Below the pieces are notes generated by a model. The model saw only the letters and a program-made list of their open reading frames with translations, did not search any database and was not told the origin of the DNA. A stretch of DNA of 64,000 bases from Patescibacteria group bacterium (GTDB lineage Bacteria; Patescibacteriota; Patescibacteriia; Magasanikbacterales; GWA2-37-8), in assembly GCA_041649475.1 (NCBI GenBank), contig JBAZNA010000001.1, positions 124,267-188,266 on the forward strand. Direction: 5' to 3'. Position numbers and translations under genes: made by a program. Positions 1-9,715 of this stretch are shown one piece after another (the stretch's first letter is position 1; each line of letters begins with the position of its first letter).

Positions 1-380
1 TGACAAATTTTTTAGTTGGTGTTTCCAGTCAGAATATATCGCCACTAGTGACGGTATGGTTTGCCCATTCCTTGATTGCAATAATTATGGGGGTACTTAT
101 AGCTGCTAAAGGCGAGCTCCCCAAGCTTATTTCTGATTTGCGCAAACACCCCGGCCCGATTGCCGGTCAAAGTTTTTTGGATAATGGCGCCTGGGTGGCT
201 TTTGCCTTTTCAACCACTTATATTCCCTTATCAATCTCCACAGCCATCACCGAGAGCTATGTTGCCTTAGCGGCCCTTTTGGGGATTTTATTAAATCGGG
301 AAAAATTGAAAAAATCGCAAATGGTTGGTGTCGCGCTCGCGCTCGTTGGGGTAATTATCCTCTCATATTTTTCCTCTTAA
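1..380 (+). CDS. EamA/DMT-family transporter, 5'-partial
   Basis: Hydrophobic helices and a C-terminal 'LLGILLNREKL...GVALALVGVIIL' EamA-type signature; the gene probably begins before the window. Confidence 0.75.
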   Translation, partial: TNFLVGVSSQNISPLVTVWFAHSLIAIIMGVLIAAKGELPKLISDLRKHPGPIAGQSFLDNGAWVAFAFSTTYIPLSISTAITESYVALAALLGILLNREKLKKSQMVGVALALVGVIILSYFSS

Positions 381-460
381 TCTGGCGGAAGCGCCGGCTT
401 GAACTTAAGGGGGAATAGTGTTAGTGTGTAAATATCGGGTTTATTCTTAATCTTGTCTAT

Positions 461-1219
461 ATGTACTACGTTCTTGCCGCAGTGGTTGTGCTGATTTTAA
501 TCAGCATTCGTCAGGTAAATCAGTATCAAAGAGGGGTTAAGTTTCAATTGGGAAAATACGTAAAAATGGTTGATCCGGGCTGGAGATTGATAGCCCCGAT
601 TTTTCAAAGTATGGCCAAGGTGGACATCCGCGTTAAAGCGGTTGATGTGCCCTTGCAGGAAGCAATTACAAAAGACAACGTGTCTTTAAAGATAAACGCG
701 GTTATTTATTACAAGGTGGTGGATGTGGCCAAAGCGGTTTTGGAAGTTGAAAATTTTTATTACGCCGTAAATCAATTGGCGCAAACCACGATGAGAAATG
801 TGGTGGGTGAATTGGAATTGGATGAATTATTGGCCAATCGCGAAGCCGCGGCTAAAAGAATTAAAGAAATTGTTGATGCCTCTTCTGAATTATGGGGCAT
901 TCAGGTAAACAGTGTAGAGTTGAAAGATATTTTACTGCCGGAAAACATGCAAAGAACCATTGCCAAACAGGCCGAAGCCGAGCGCGAACGCCGGGCTGTG
1001 GTTATCAAAGCGGCCGGAGAGGTGATCGCGGCCGAGAATTTGTCCAAGGCCGCCAAGATGTTGGCTGAAACACCCGGGGGTTTGCATTTACGAACATTAA
1101 ACACCATAAATGATGTAAGTTCGGATGAATCAAACACTATAATTTTTGCCATTCCGGTGGAGATCTTGCGCGCTTTTGATGCGGTAGCGAAAAAAGTATC
1201 GGAGAAGTCGCCTGAATAG
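461..1219 (+). CDS. SPFH/band 7 (slipin/stomatin-like) protein
   Basis: N-terminal TM helix; motifs 'ITKDNV', 'LAQTTMRNVVGELELDELL', 'AKQAEAERERRA'. Confidence 0.93.
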   Translation: MYYVLAAVVVLILISIRQVNQYQRGVKFQLGKYVKMVDPGWRLIAPIFQSMAKVDIRVKAVDVPLQEAITKDNVSLKINAVIYYKVVDVAKAVLEVENFYYAVNQLAQTTMRNVVGELELDELLANREAAAKRIKEIVDASSELWGIQVNSVELKDILLPENMQRTIAKQAEAERERRAVVIKAAGEVIAAENLSKAAKMLAETPGGLHLRTLNTINDVSSDESNTIIFAIPVEILRAFDAVAKKVSEKSPE

Positions 1220-1237
1220 AAATTTGTATTTTAAATT

Positions 1238-2431
1238 ATGCTATTTCGCTGGGCAGTAATTGCTTTTATTGTCTTACTACCAAGCTATTTATTGCGCTTT
1301 AAAATTGGACCTCTGCCAACCACAGTGTTGGAGGCGGTTTTTGGTCTGATTTTTTTGATTTGGCTGATACAGTATAGCCGGAAGGATTGGCCGATTTTAG
1401 TCAGCGTGATTAAGGCGCATAAATTTTTATTTGTCTGTATCGGTTTATTTTTTATTGCTTCAATTTCCAGCATTTTTATCAGTGATATGCCGATTCCGTC
1501 GCTGGGTCAGTGGCGGGCGTATTTTTTGGAGCCGATAATTTTATTTTTAATTTTAGTGGCACACAAAAATGAGATTAAGTTTAAGGATTTGATGTGGGGT
1601 TTGGGTTTGTCTACTTTAAGCATCAGTATTTATTGTATTGTGCAAGAGTTTACGGGCTGGGGCATTGCCACGCCGGAGTGGACGGCTCTGGCTACTAGGC
1701 GCGCTACGGCTTTTTTTAGCTCGCCCAATGCGGTGGGGTTGTATCTGGCGCCGGTTTTGATTTTGATGGTAAGCTTGTTATATAAAAAATTTCGGTTTTC
1801 TTTTTTCTTGATTGCGGTTTTTTCAGCAGTGGCTTTGGTCTTCACAAAATCCCGCGGCGCGTGGGTGGCAGCGGCAGTGAGTTTGGTGGTGTTTTTATTT
1901 CTGGTGGGTTATAAAAAAATTGCGGTGGCTATTGCGGCGGTGGCGGTGGTCGGCGCGCTGGGCGTTTTGGTTATCCATCCGATCAACTTGGACAAATCCA
2001 CCCAGAACCGGGTGACTTTGTGGAGATATTCCACGACTTTCTTAACACAATCTCCCAAGAATTTTATTTTTGGCACCGGCATCCGGCAATTTTTCAGGAA
2101 AATTCAAAAACCGTATTATAACGACAAGGTGATGGAGCGGTTAATTTATCCACATAATATATTTTTAAATTTTTGGACAGAGATCGGATTGGTTGGTATG
2201 TTGGCTTTTATGGGGATTTTGGGCTATGGATTTTACTTAGCGCAAAAAATCAGAAAATATGATAAAATAATCGGCGCGGGGCTGGTGTGTGTGTTGGCAA
2301 CGCTCGTTATTCACGGTTTGGTTGATGTACCGTATTTTAAAAACGATCTGGCCATGCTTTTCTGGGTTTTAATTTTTACAATTTTGTTGGTATATGAGAG
2401 TTTACGTCAAAGCCAAACCCATGGCGTATGA
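1238..2431 (+). CDS. O-antigen ligase (Wzy_C/WaaL-like) family membrane protein
   Basis: Multi-pass TM; motifs 'TKSRGAW', 'YPHNIFLNFWTEIGLVG', 'HGLVDVPYFKND'. Confidence 0.88.
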   Translation: MLFRWAVIAFIVLLPSYLLRFKIGPLPTTVLEAVFGLIFLIWLIQYSRKDWPILVSVIKAHKFLFVCIGLFFIASISSIFISDMPIPSLGQWRAYFLEPIILFLILVAHKNEIKFKDLMWGLGLSTLSISIYCIVQEFTGWGIATPEWTALATRRATAFFSSPNAVGLYLAPVLILMVSLLYKKFRFSFFLIAVFSAVALVFTKSRGAWVAAAVSLVVFLFLVGYKKIAVAIAAVAVVGALGVLVIHPINLDKSTQNRVTLWRYSTTFLTQSPKNFIFGTGIRQFFRKIQKPYYNDKVMERLIYPHNIFLNFWTEIGLVGMLAFMGILGYGFYLAQKIRKYDKIIGAGLVCVLATLVIHGLVDVPYFKNDLAMLFWVLIFTILLVYESLRQSQTHGV

Positions 2432-2612
2432 GGAAAAGGTGGAAAAAATTGATGATACGCATTTTGTTGTCCATGTAAAAGAACCGCCACAGAATGGTTT
2501 GGCCAACAAAGGCATTGCCAAAGTGTTGGCAGAGTATTTTCAGGTGGCGCAAAGCCGGGTAAGGGTAGTAAAAGGATATACATCAAAACAAAAAATAATT
2601 GAAATAATTTAA
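2394..2612 (+). CDS. DUF167 (YggU-like) protein
   Basis: Motifs 'VKAKP', 'VKEPPQNGLAN', 'GYTSKQK'. Confidence 0.88.
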   Translation: MRVYVKAKPMAYEEKVEKIDDTHFVVHVKEPPQNGLANKGIAKVLAEYFQVAQSRVRVVKGYTSKQKIIEII

Positions 2613-2617
2613 ATTGT

Positions 2618-3769
2618 ATGGCAGACAAAATTTACAGCGACTCATTGGATTTGCATAAAAAATTTCACGGAAAATTGGAAATAAAAAGTAAAGTTCGGTT
2701 GAATAACCGTCAGGATTTATCATTGGCCTACACTCCGGGTGTGGCCGAGGTTAGCCGGGAAGTTGGCAAAGACAAAAAATTGGCCAGGGAATATACAATA
2801 AAGAGAAATTCAGTGGCGGTGGTATCTGACGGGTCAGCAATTTTGGGATTGGGAAATCTGGGGCCATACGCGGCTATGCCGGTGATGGAAGGAAAAGCAG
2901 TGCTGTTTAAGGAATTTGGCGGGGTTGATGCTTATCCGATTTGTTTGGATACGCAGGACACCGAGGAGATTATAAAAGCGGTGAAAAATATCGCGCCCGG
3001 GTTTGGCGGGATAAATTTGGAAGATATTTCCGCGCCGAGATGTTTTGAGGTTGAAAGACGATTAATAGATGAGTTGGATATTCCGGTGATCCACGACGAT
3101 CAGAGGGGAACAGCCACCGTGGTTTTGGCGGCGCTGATTAATGCATTAAAGTTGCGCCAGGATGACGGCCAGCCGACCAAGGCGGTTAAAATTGTGATAA
3201 ATGGAGCTGGCGCGGCTGGCACTGCTGTGGCCAAAATGCTGATGAAGTATGGTTTTAAAAATATTTTTGTTTGCGACACAAAAGGTTTGGTGTATGAAAG
3301 CCGAGGCGATTTAAATTCAGCGAAAATTGAATTAGCAAAACTCTCCGGCGCCCAAATGATCGGGGATAATTCTTTAAAAGATGTGGTGAAGAACGCAGAT
3401 GTTTTTATCGGCGTCAGCGCGCCCGGGGTTTTGACCAAGGAAATGGTGCAAACTATGGCCAGCAAGCCGGTAATTTTTGCCATGGCCAATCCGGTGCCGG
3501 AAATTATGCCTGACGAGGCCAAAGCGGGCGGTGCGTTTATTGTTGCCAGCGGCCGATCTGATTTTCCCAACCAAATTAATAATGTTTTGGCTTTTCCGGG
3601 AATATTTCGGGGTGCGCTTGATAATGGCGTAGCCAAAATTACCGATGAAATGTTGATTCAAGCGGCCGAGAATTTGGCCGGCTGCGTTAAGAGGCCCACG
3701 ACCGATCAAATTGTGCCAAATCCGTTTGACAAGGAAATTGTCAAAGCAGTGGCACGGGCGATTAAATAA
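2618..3769 (+). CDS. NAD(P)-dependent malic enzyme
   Basis: Motifs 'LAYTPGVA', 'VMEGKAVLFK', 'NLEDISAPRCF', 'GAGAAG', 'GRSDFPNQINN'. Confidence 0.95.
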   Translation: MADKIYSDSLDLHKKFHGKLEIKSKVRLNNRQDLSLAYTPGVAEVSREVGKDKKLAREYTIKRNSVAVVSDGSAILGLGNLGPYAAMPVMEGKAVLFKEFGGVDAYPICLDTQDTEEIIKAVKNIAPGFGGINLEDISAPRCFEVERRLIDELDIPVIHDDQRGTATVVLAALINALKLRQDDGQPTKAVKIVINGAGAAGTAVAKMLMKYGFKNIFVCDTKGLVYESRGDLNSAKIELAKLSGAQMIGDNSLKDVVKNADVFIGVSAPGVLTKEMVQTMASKPVIFAMANPVPEIMPDEAKAGGAFIVASGRSDFPNQINNVLAFPGIFRGALDNGVAKITDEMLIQAAENLAGCVKRPTTDQIVPNPFDKEIVKAVARAIK

Positions 3770-3771
3770 AT

Positions 3772-4209
3772 TTAGCGGATCTTTTTGTTTTTGATTTTTT
3801 CCGGAACGGATTTTTTGAACTTACTGTCATCAAACATCAGCAGAAGCAGAACTAAAACGCTTGTGGCTATTGAGAGTATATAAAATTGTAAACCAGAGGC
3901 CATGCCAATTGCCGCGGCCATCCATAATCCGGCAGCTGTGGTCAGTCCTTCCACACGATCTTCTTTGCGTAAAATTGTGCCCGCGCCCAAAAAGCCGATA
4001 CCGGTAACAATGCCAGCGGCTACCGGGGCGTTGTTTGGGCCAAAAGCGGTCACTGACAGAAGCGTAAACAAAGCGGATCCGCCCGCGACCAGGGCGTGCG
4101 TGCGCGGACCGGCCCACTTGCCTTGTTTTTCTCTTTGCCAACCGATGAGGCCGCCTAAAATAATCGCGTAAACTATAGGGATAAGGAGGGCGAGTTCTTC
4201 TGTGTACAT
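3772..4209 (-). CDS. MgtC/SapB family protein
   Basis: Motifs 'IGWQRE...AGPRTH', 'GIGFLGAGTI', 'GLTTAA'. Confidence 0.92.
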   Translation of the reverse strand: MYTEELALLIPIVYAIILGGLIGWQREKQGKWAGPRTHALVAGGSALFTLLSVTAFGPNNAPVAAGIVTGIGFLGAGTILRKEDRVEGLTTAAGLWMAAAIGMASGLQFYILSIATSVLVLLLLMFDDSKFKKSVPEKIKNKKIR

Positions 4210-4284
4210 ATTTTTATTTTTACTGGAGCGAAAATTTAGTTTAAATTTACCTTTTATTCATTATACCACTTGTTGACTTTTATG

Positions 4285-6006
4285 TTAATTACTGGTATTG
4301 TATTTTTGTTTTAAAAGCGATTTTTTGGGGATGACGGGCCGATAGCTCAGTTGGTAGAGCATCGCGTTTGCAACGCGAGGGTCTGGGGTTCGAGTCCCCA
4401 TCGGTCCACGATTCTCGGCATCCCCCCTCTTGAGAAGGATGTCGAAGCCCTCCTTTGCCCTAATCTCAGCTATGTTCCCATCTTCAATCACCAGTTCGGA
4501 AAGCGCCGTTGTCAAGATACCGTGCTTCTGCCGCTTGGAAGCGTACTCGTAGCAAGAGCTAGCCAAACGAACGAGTTCGGAAAGGGAAATCACCGTTGCC
4601 AGTTTGTCCTCGTCCCCAACCTCCTCCTTGCGCCGCTGCGAAGCGTTGAGGTCCTCCAGCTCCGCTTCGAGCCGATGCAGCTCTGCCATGAACTCGACGC
4701 CGCTGTAGACGCCGTCCCTGAGAAGGGCGATCTTATTGTCCGTGAGGTAGGTCAGGTCGCGATTGATCACGCGGCGCCGGCTCTCCAGAGCCTTCTCTTC
4801 ATCCACCTGCTTGGTCCTGCGTTGGGCGAAGAACCGCGGCGCACGCTCGGTGAGAAGCCGCTCCTCCTCCGGTGATAGCTGGGCCTGGCTGAGCACATCC
4901 TTCACCAGCTTGTCGATCCTGAACTCCGCGAGCGTTCGGCTCTGGTTCCCGCAGTGACCCAGGCAGGGGACCGTGTAGTACACGTGCCCCTTCTTCGTGT
5001 AGGGGGAGTATGCCCTTCCGCACCCGCATCGCAGGAACCCTCGGTAGAGGTAGAACTGCTTGTTCACGTAGTGCACGCCCTGCGTTCGCTGCCGCAGCAC
5101 CTCCTGGACCTTGAAGAACAGCTCGGGCGAGATGATGGCTTCATGGATGCCCGGAGCCAACTCGTCCCCGTGTCGGATGAAACCCGCGTAGAACGGGTTG
5201 TGGAGAATGGCCTCCATCGTCTTCTCCGTCACCGGCCTGGTTACCGGCTCACCCACCTGTCCGATCTCAACGCCCGCAGCCACTTCCTGCGGGGTCCGGT
5301 TCCGACACCGCGGCTTGCTCGTCAGGCCAAGAGGTGCGGCCCACTGAGCGAGCTGAGCGTAGCTCCACTGACCCGTCGCGCAGCGCTCAAAGGCCCCCGC
5401 GACAATGTCAGCCTGGGAACGATCAACGGGCTTGTTGCTTGGACCGTGGTCCAGGTAGCCCATGGGCGCCCGGGTCGTGCACTTGCCCTCCAGTCGCAGC
5501 TTGGAGTTCGCAGCCCGGATGTTCTCGCTGACCTTGTCCGAGTAGTGCTTGGCGAACACGCCGTCGATCGACTTGTGCAGCCGGCCAGAGCTCGACTCAT
5601 CATAGTTCGCCAGCACGTAGCGGACATCACGTCCGCCCTCGGTGAGCGAGTCAATGACACCCTCGTCCTGCTTGTTCCGGCTCAACCGATCCAAGCACAA
5701 CGAGATCACTCCCTTGAACTTGCCCTGGTCGAGCAGTACGGCCAGTCGCCGGAACTTCGGGCGGTCGATCTTCCGTTTGACTGTGCCGTCAGCGAGAATC
5801 CGCGGCCGTTTCGTCTTGTACGCGGTATGCTTCTCAATGATGGCGCCGTGTTCGCAGAAGCCCACCTCAGTGAAGTCAGCGATCCGGAGGCCATTGACCC
5901 GGGCGTGCTCGCGCCCTCGTTGGAGTTGATACTCGATGGTGTTCTGTTGATTATCAACGTCGGCAGTACTTCGTCGTGCGTAGAGTAGGTATTCATCTTG
6001 ATACAT
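4285..6006 (-). CDS. Large serine recombinase (integrase); 3' end runs antisense through tRNA-Ala
   Basis: 'YARRST' catalytic Ser motif, 'DRLSRN', recombinase domain 'ILHNPFYAG', 'HEAIIS', zinc ribbon 'LRCGCG', coiled coil. Start placed at ATG 6006 (ORF track extends to 6072). Confidence 0.92.
   Translation of the reverse strand: MYQDEYLLYARRSTADVDNQQNTIEYQLQRGREHARVNGLRIADFTEVGFCEHGAIIEKHTAYKTKRPRILADGTVKRKIDRPKFRRLAVLLDQGKFKGVISLCLDRLSRNKQDEGVIDSLTEGGRDVRYVLANYDESSSGRLHKSIDGVFAKHYSDKVSENIRAANSKLRLEGKCTTRAPMGYLDHGPSNKPVDRSQADIVAGAFERCATGQWSYAQLAQWAAPLGLTSKPRCRNRTPQEVAAGVEIGQVGEPVTRPVTEKTMEAILHNPFYAGFIRHGDELAPGIHEAIISPELFFKVQEVLRQRTQGVHYVNKQFYLYRGFLRCGCGRAYSPYTKKGHVYYTVPCLGHCGNQSRTLAEFRIDKLVKDVLSQAQLSPEEERLLTERAPRFFAQRRTKQVDEEKALESRRRVINRDLTYLTDNKIALLRDGVYSGVEFMAELHRLEAELEDLNASQRRKEEVGDEDKLATVISLSELVRLASSCYEYASKRQKHGILTTALSELVIEDGNIAEIRAKEGFDILLKRGDAENRGPMGTRTPDPRVANAMLYQLSYRPVIPKKSLLKQKYNTSN
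4336..4408 (+). tRNA. tRNA-Ala(TGC); integration target of the island
   Basis: Acceptor GGGCCGA/TCGGTCC, D arm GCTCAGTTGGTAGAGC, anticodon arm TCGCG-TTTGCAA-CGCGA, T loop GGTTCGAGTCC. Confidence 0.96.
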
Positions 6007-6025
6007 ATGATTGTGATTAGTTGTC

Positions 6026-6244
6026 TTACGTAATACCATCGCCACAGTCGGCTGGGGGAACAAGCTGCCCATCGCGCATCACGAATCCTCGCGCGAGCAG
6101 CTCGTAGAGGATTGTACGAATCGCAGTGAGAAAACCGAGTAGCTGGTTCGCGGCCTCGTTTGATATGCCGCCAAGGGCTTCCGCAGATTGAGATGGTCGT
6201 GGTGAGCGTGTGTCATGAATCATAGACTCATCACGATACGCCAT
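6026..6244 (-). CDS. Small hypothetical protein upstream of the integrase (possible directionality factor)
   Basis: Short co-oriented ORF ('EAANQLLGFLTAIRTILYELL') immediately 5' of the recombinase; function is inference. Confidence 0.45.
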   Translation of the reverse strand: MAYRDESMIHDTRSPRPSQSAEALGGISNEAANQLLGFLTAIRTILYELLARGFVMRDGQLVPPADCGDGIT

Positions 6245-6364
6245 GTTCCTGGTCGGCGTAAGTAGTGAAATCGGCAATCCTGTGCGAGACCATCACCCCT
6301 TGCTGGTATCGGTCGGCTGTGGTACAATAAGGGCACTTGCTTATTAACTTAACAATGCACCGGT

Positions 6365-6688
6365 ATGGAATCAACCAAGTACAAGGTCGCCTCCCGAGCA
6401 CAGTACGGCATGCTCTATCTAGACCCTTCGCACGTGACCCAGGTACCAGACATTGAGTCCGGTCGAACGTATGAACTCGATCCGGTCCAGGTTGGCCGGG
6501 TATTTGGTCTTCTGAAGGAGGTTTTGGGTTTCAAGAGCAACAGGGAACTAGCACGCTACCTTCATCTTCAGGAAGGTCTCGTTGAGCGTGTGCTCGCCGC
6601 GGACAGGAGGAGCATCAGGAACGGCTTGCGCCTACCCCATGGCAAGGAAAAGAACAGCGAGCTGCCCTCTGCCTTGTCCTCCGGCTAA
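6365..6688 (+). CDS. Hypothetical protein with possible HTH
   Basis: ATG ORF downstream of a TGGTACAAT -10-like box; 'SNRELARYLHLQEGLVERVL' is HTH-like. Confidence 0.55.
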   Translation: MESTKYKVASRAQYGMLYLDPSHVTQVPDIESGRTYELDPVQVGRVFGLLKEVLGFKSNRELARYLHLQEGLVERVLAADRRSIRNGLRLPHGKEKNSELPSALSSG

Positions 6689-6699
6689 GCTCATGCAAT

Positions 6700-7149
6700 A
6701 TGGTTGACGATCCTAGATTCGAGAAACCGTCTGAACTGACCCCCAGGATCTTGTGGTTTCTCTACACGCTCCTGGACTTTGATCATGCCGGCGTTGACGC
6801 AGGAACTCGTTGCCGTCCACCGGCGGTCAAGGCAGCCCTGGACAAATGGCCGACCTACCGGTTCGACTGGTTCAAGCCTGAGCTGGTTGAGGTGCTTCGG
6901 CCAACATTCGAGCAGCTGGTCAAGCACCTGGGCGGCAAGTGGGCTATCACCAGAGGGATCCACCCGGAATTCAGGACTCCCTTCCTGGGACGCGGGCCGC
7001 TTCCCTTGAAACCAATCATACTCCACCGCATTAGCTGGATGATCAACAATCAGATGAGGAACTACAGGTTCGACTGGTCTATCGTTGACCGACTGTCTCA
7101 GCCACCGCTGACCGATGAGATGAAACGCGGGAGGGTACTTATCGATTGA
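6700..7149 (+). CDS. Hypothetical protein, probable distant paralog of 53036-53452 and 60901-61287
   Basis: Shared pattern 'E-L/I-T-x-x-x-LW-F/Y-L-Y/F' and a C-terminal 'W-x-x-I/V-D-R/Q'. Confidence 0.6.
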   Translation: MVDDPRFEKPSELTPRILWFLYTLLDFDHAGVDAGTRCRPPAVKAALDKWPTYRFDWFKPELVEVLRPTFEQLVKHLGGKWAITRGIHPEFRTPFLGRGPLPLKPIILHRISWMINNQMRNYRFDWSIVDRLSQPPLTDEMKRGRVLID

Positions 7150-7484
7150 CGAAGCAGTGACGGCGTCCCACTGCGGTACCGTACCCTGCACGTCATCGTC
7201 CTCTGGCCACAGTAACAAGAAGCCTCTCTGCGAATGCGGGTGAGGCTTCTTGTTATGCTTGTCGCTTCCATTTCGAATTCACTTATCCACAGCCAACGAC
7301 GGAGTACCGCCGTTTGTACTACTGTGCCACTCCGCTCACTTCAAGGTAAGCTGTATTATGATACCCGGATGTGGAGGATTGGTGTGAAACGAGACGGGTT
7401 GTTTTCATGCCACCCCCGCATCTATGAGTAGGAGGTTCCCCAGCACAGGGTCCAATCTAAACAAAGAAGGGAGGTGACATAGAC

Positions 7485-7519
7485 ACTCTTACAGATAATC
7501 AGATTACTGTCAAGAGTGG
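7485..7519. promoter_or_regulatory. Imperfect palindrome (candidate operator) upstream of the XRE regulator
   Basis: CACTCTT-ACAG-A-TAATC-A-GATTA-CTGT-C-AAGAGTG is self-complementary and overlaps the ORF start. Confidence 0.5.
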
Positions 7520-7896
7520 CTACCATGACAAACATATTTGCAACAAGAAGCCACGACCAGGAGAACTCCGATGAAATCGATACGAGCCCCCTGGGTTTTC
7601 ACATACGCAGACTGCGTCAATGGTACGGAGAGGGAGGCTTGTCCCAACGTGAGCTGGCCGACCTGGCCGATGTTTCTCCGCGCCAGCTGAGGATGTACGA
7701 AAGCTGTCGCATGCTCCCCGAGCCGATCAGCTTCCTGCTTTCTCTCGCCCTCGCCTTGAGGGTTCCCCTCGAGTCCCTCATCAACGAGACCGTCGTGAAC
7801 AGGCTCAGGGCCGAGATCGAGCGCCGTCGGCCGTTCGTCGAGCAGGGAGCGCGACAACGCGCCCTGGACCTGCCGAGTCGCGGGTATGGCGCGTAA
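7516..7896 (+). CDS. XRE-family HTH transcriptional regulator
   Basis: 'IRRLR...GLSQRELADLADVSPRQLRMYE...LALALRVPLESL'. Confidence 0.88.
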   Translation: MATMTNIFATRSHDQENSDEIDTSPLGFHIRRLRQWYGEGGLSQRELADLADVSPRQLRMYESCRMLPEPISFLLSLALALRVPLESLINETVVNRLRAEIERRRPFVEQGARQRALDLPSRGYGA

Positions 7897-8401
7897 TCCC
7901 CGCCCTGCCAGACGGGTTCTCGTCGCCTGCTACCGCTTTCGTACCCTGGCGGTGGTCGAGCTCACCGAGGGCGAACGCCCCTTCGTGCTCAAGCACTGCA
8001 TCAGGGGGCTCCGGAGAAATCTCGCGAGAGCTGTGGCGTTCGTGCTGCGCGACGCCAACACATCCCGTCCGCGCCTCATCGTTGCCGACAACGCGCTGCT
8101 CGCTGACGAGCTGAGGAAGACCATCTGTGCGGTCCCGATCCAGACCATCACCATCGCGACCGCCAAGGAGGTTCTCCTCCCTGCGGAGCATCGCCCGAAT
8201 CACCACGACCTCTACCACCACCTGCTTCGACAACATCCGCATCTCCGGCGATACGTGACCGTGATCCCGTCCACGGGTCACATCGCCGAAAGCGAGAGGT
8301 GGCGAACCGTCGTCCTTCTCGCCGTCGCCCTCGGCCTCGCTGCCCAGCAGCAGGCCCGGGGCGGCAACCACCGGCGGCCTACCGGCCGACCGGTGGCGTA
8401 A
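7886..8401 (+). CDS. Hypothetical protein, possibly degenerate RuvC/RNase H-like fold
   Basis: Overlaps the XRE gene; N-terminal beta strands, 'PRLIVAD' and C-terminal 'AVALGL' helix recall RuvC-like proteins, but acidic catalytic residues are not evident. Confidence 0.5.
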   Translation: MARNPRPARRVLVACYRFRTLAVVELTEGERPFVLKHCIRGLRRNLARAVAFVLRDANTSRPRLIVADNALLADELRKTICAVPIQTITIATAKEVLLPAEHRPNHHDLYHHLLRQHPHLRRYVTVIPSTGHIAESERWRTVVLLAVALGLAAQQQARGGNHRRPTGRPVA

Positions 8402-8422
8402 TTCACCGTAAGTCATCGACCT

Positions 8423-8656
8423 ATGCACGTCTTCAACAACGACTCAACCCGAGTCACCAAAATCGAGAGGCTCCTTCGAGTCCTCGGAGATCACGACTGG
8501 CACTCCACCAGGGAGTTGGTTCGCCGAGTAGGCCATGCCTTCGGCGTGGCCAAGTTCAGGCTGGTCCACTCCTACCACTACGACATCGAGCGCCGGCACC
8601 ACCCCGCCCGGCGGTTTCAGTTCCAGTACAGGCTGCTCAAGGATCTCGACGAGTAG
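8423..8656 (+). CDS. Small winged-helix DNA-binding protein
   Basis: 'LLRVLGDHDWHSTRELVRRVG...YDIE...FQYRL'. Confidence 0.6.
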   Translation: MHVFNNDSTRVTKIERLLRVLGDHDWHSTRELVRRVGHAFGVAKFRLVHSYHYDIERRHHPARRFQFQYRLLKDLDE

Positions 8657-8695
8657 GAGGAGCTGGCCGTCCTCCACGCCATCCGCTGGTCGTTC

Positions 8696-9064
8696 TCAGC
8701 TTGAGACTCCCGAGGCTCCCGGCTTGCATCGCTTCAGCTTCAGTGCCAATCGTGCGACCGGCGTGCTCCGGTCGTCCTCCACGGCTACGGGAACGGCGGC
8801 ATTGCGCTCGAGCTCTTCGACAACCTGTCTCAGCGCAGCCACGATTGCTTCAGCTTGCGGCTCACCGCAGGTTCCGGGAAGCATCCGTGGCAGAATCAGG
8901 TCGACCGCAACGAGGACCTGATCTCGCGTCGCGTCCTCCGGCCCAGCGCTGACCTCCCGTAGCGCCTGGAGCAGCAGCTGTCTTGCCTGCTCCTCGGGGA
9001 GAAAGCATCGCAGCTCCTCGAGGCAGCGCAAGAACAGCAGACTCTCGGGCATCCCTGACCTCAC
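8696..9064 (-). CDS. Hypothetical protein
   Basis: Helical-looking ORF filling the gap; no recognised motif. Confidence 0.4.
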   Translation of the reverse strand: MRSGMPESLLFLRCLEELRCFLPEEQARQLLLQALREVSAGPEDATRDQVLVAVDLILPRMLPGTCGEPQAEAIVAALRQVVEELERNAAVPVAVEDDRSTPVARLALKLKRCKPGASGVSS

Positions 9065-9715
9065 CGCACATCGCCGCCCCCGGATCGATCATCTCCGATA
9101 CGCGGAGCGGACGTCTGTGGCCCTCGCTACAAGTCACCCGATTCGTCCCGTACCTCGACGGGCCCTGGCCTCGTGTGCAACTTCCTCGCCGTAACGGACG
9201 AGGAGGCGCACGACGAGCCAACGGGTCAACAACCGCTAACCTACGGGCTAGGAAAGCGACGATTGTCGGGGGCGGAGCCCCCGACGTTTTTCTGGCATCA
9301 AGGTGGGTCCCGGCGGTTCATCCGAGGGAGAACGCGCCACCCTTCCATGAGCCAGAAAAACGTCGGGTGCCGCTGCGCGCTCCGCGCTCCGCGGCCCCAC
9401 GACAATCGCGCAGCGGGTTACCCCGAGGAGGCGCCGGACACCGATTCCCGACTGCGTCGGGACCGGGTCCGTCACCTCCATCGAGGACCCAACGGCGAAC
9501 GGTCGAACGACCGACGCCAGGAACCAACAACCACTATGCCAACGTCCCAAGGAGAGAAACAGATCGTGCTGACGTACGTCTACATCATCTGCATCTACCT
9601 CTTCTACGTCTGGTGCAGCGGCCCACGGCCCAGGCACTGAGCTCGCCTCTCGCGAGCGTGCGGCTTCGAGCCGGCCGTCGACCCCCTGTCCCTCCATCAC
9701 CTAACTCCATCCACC

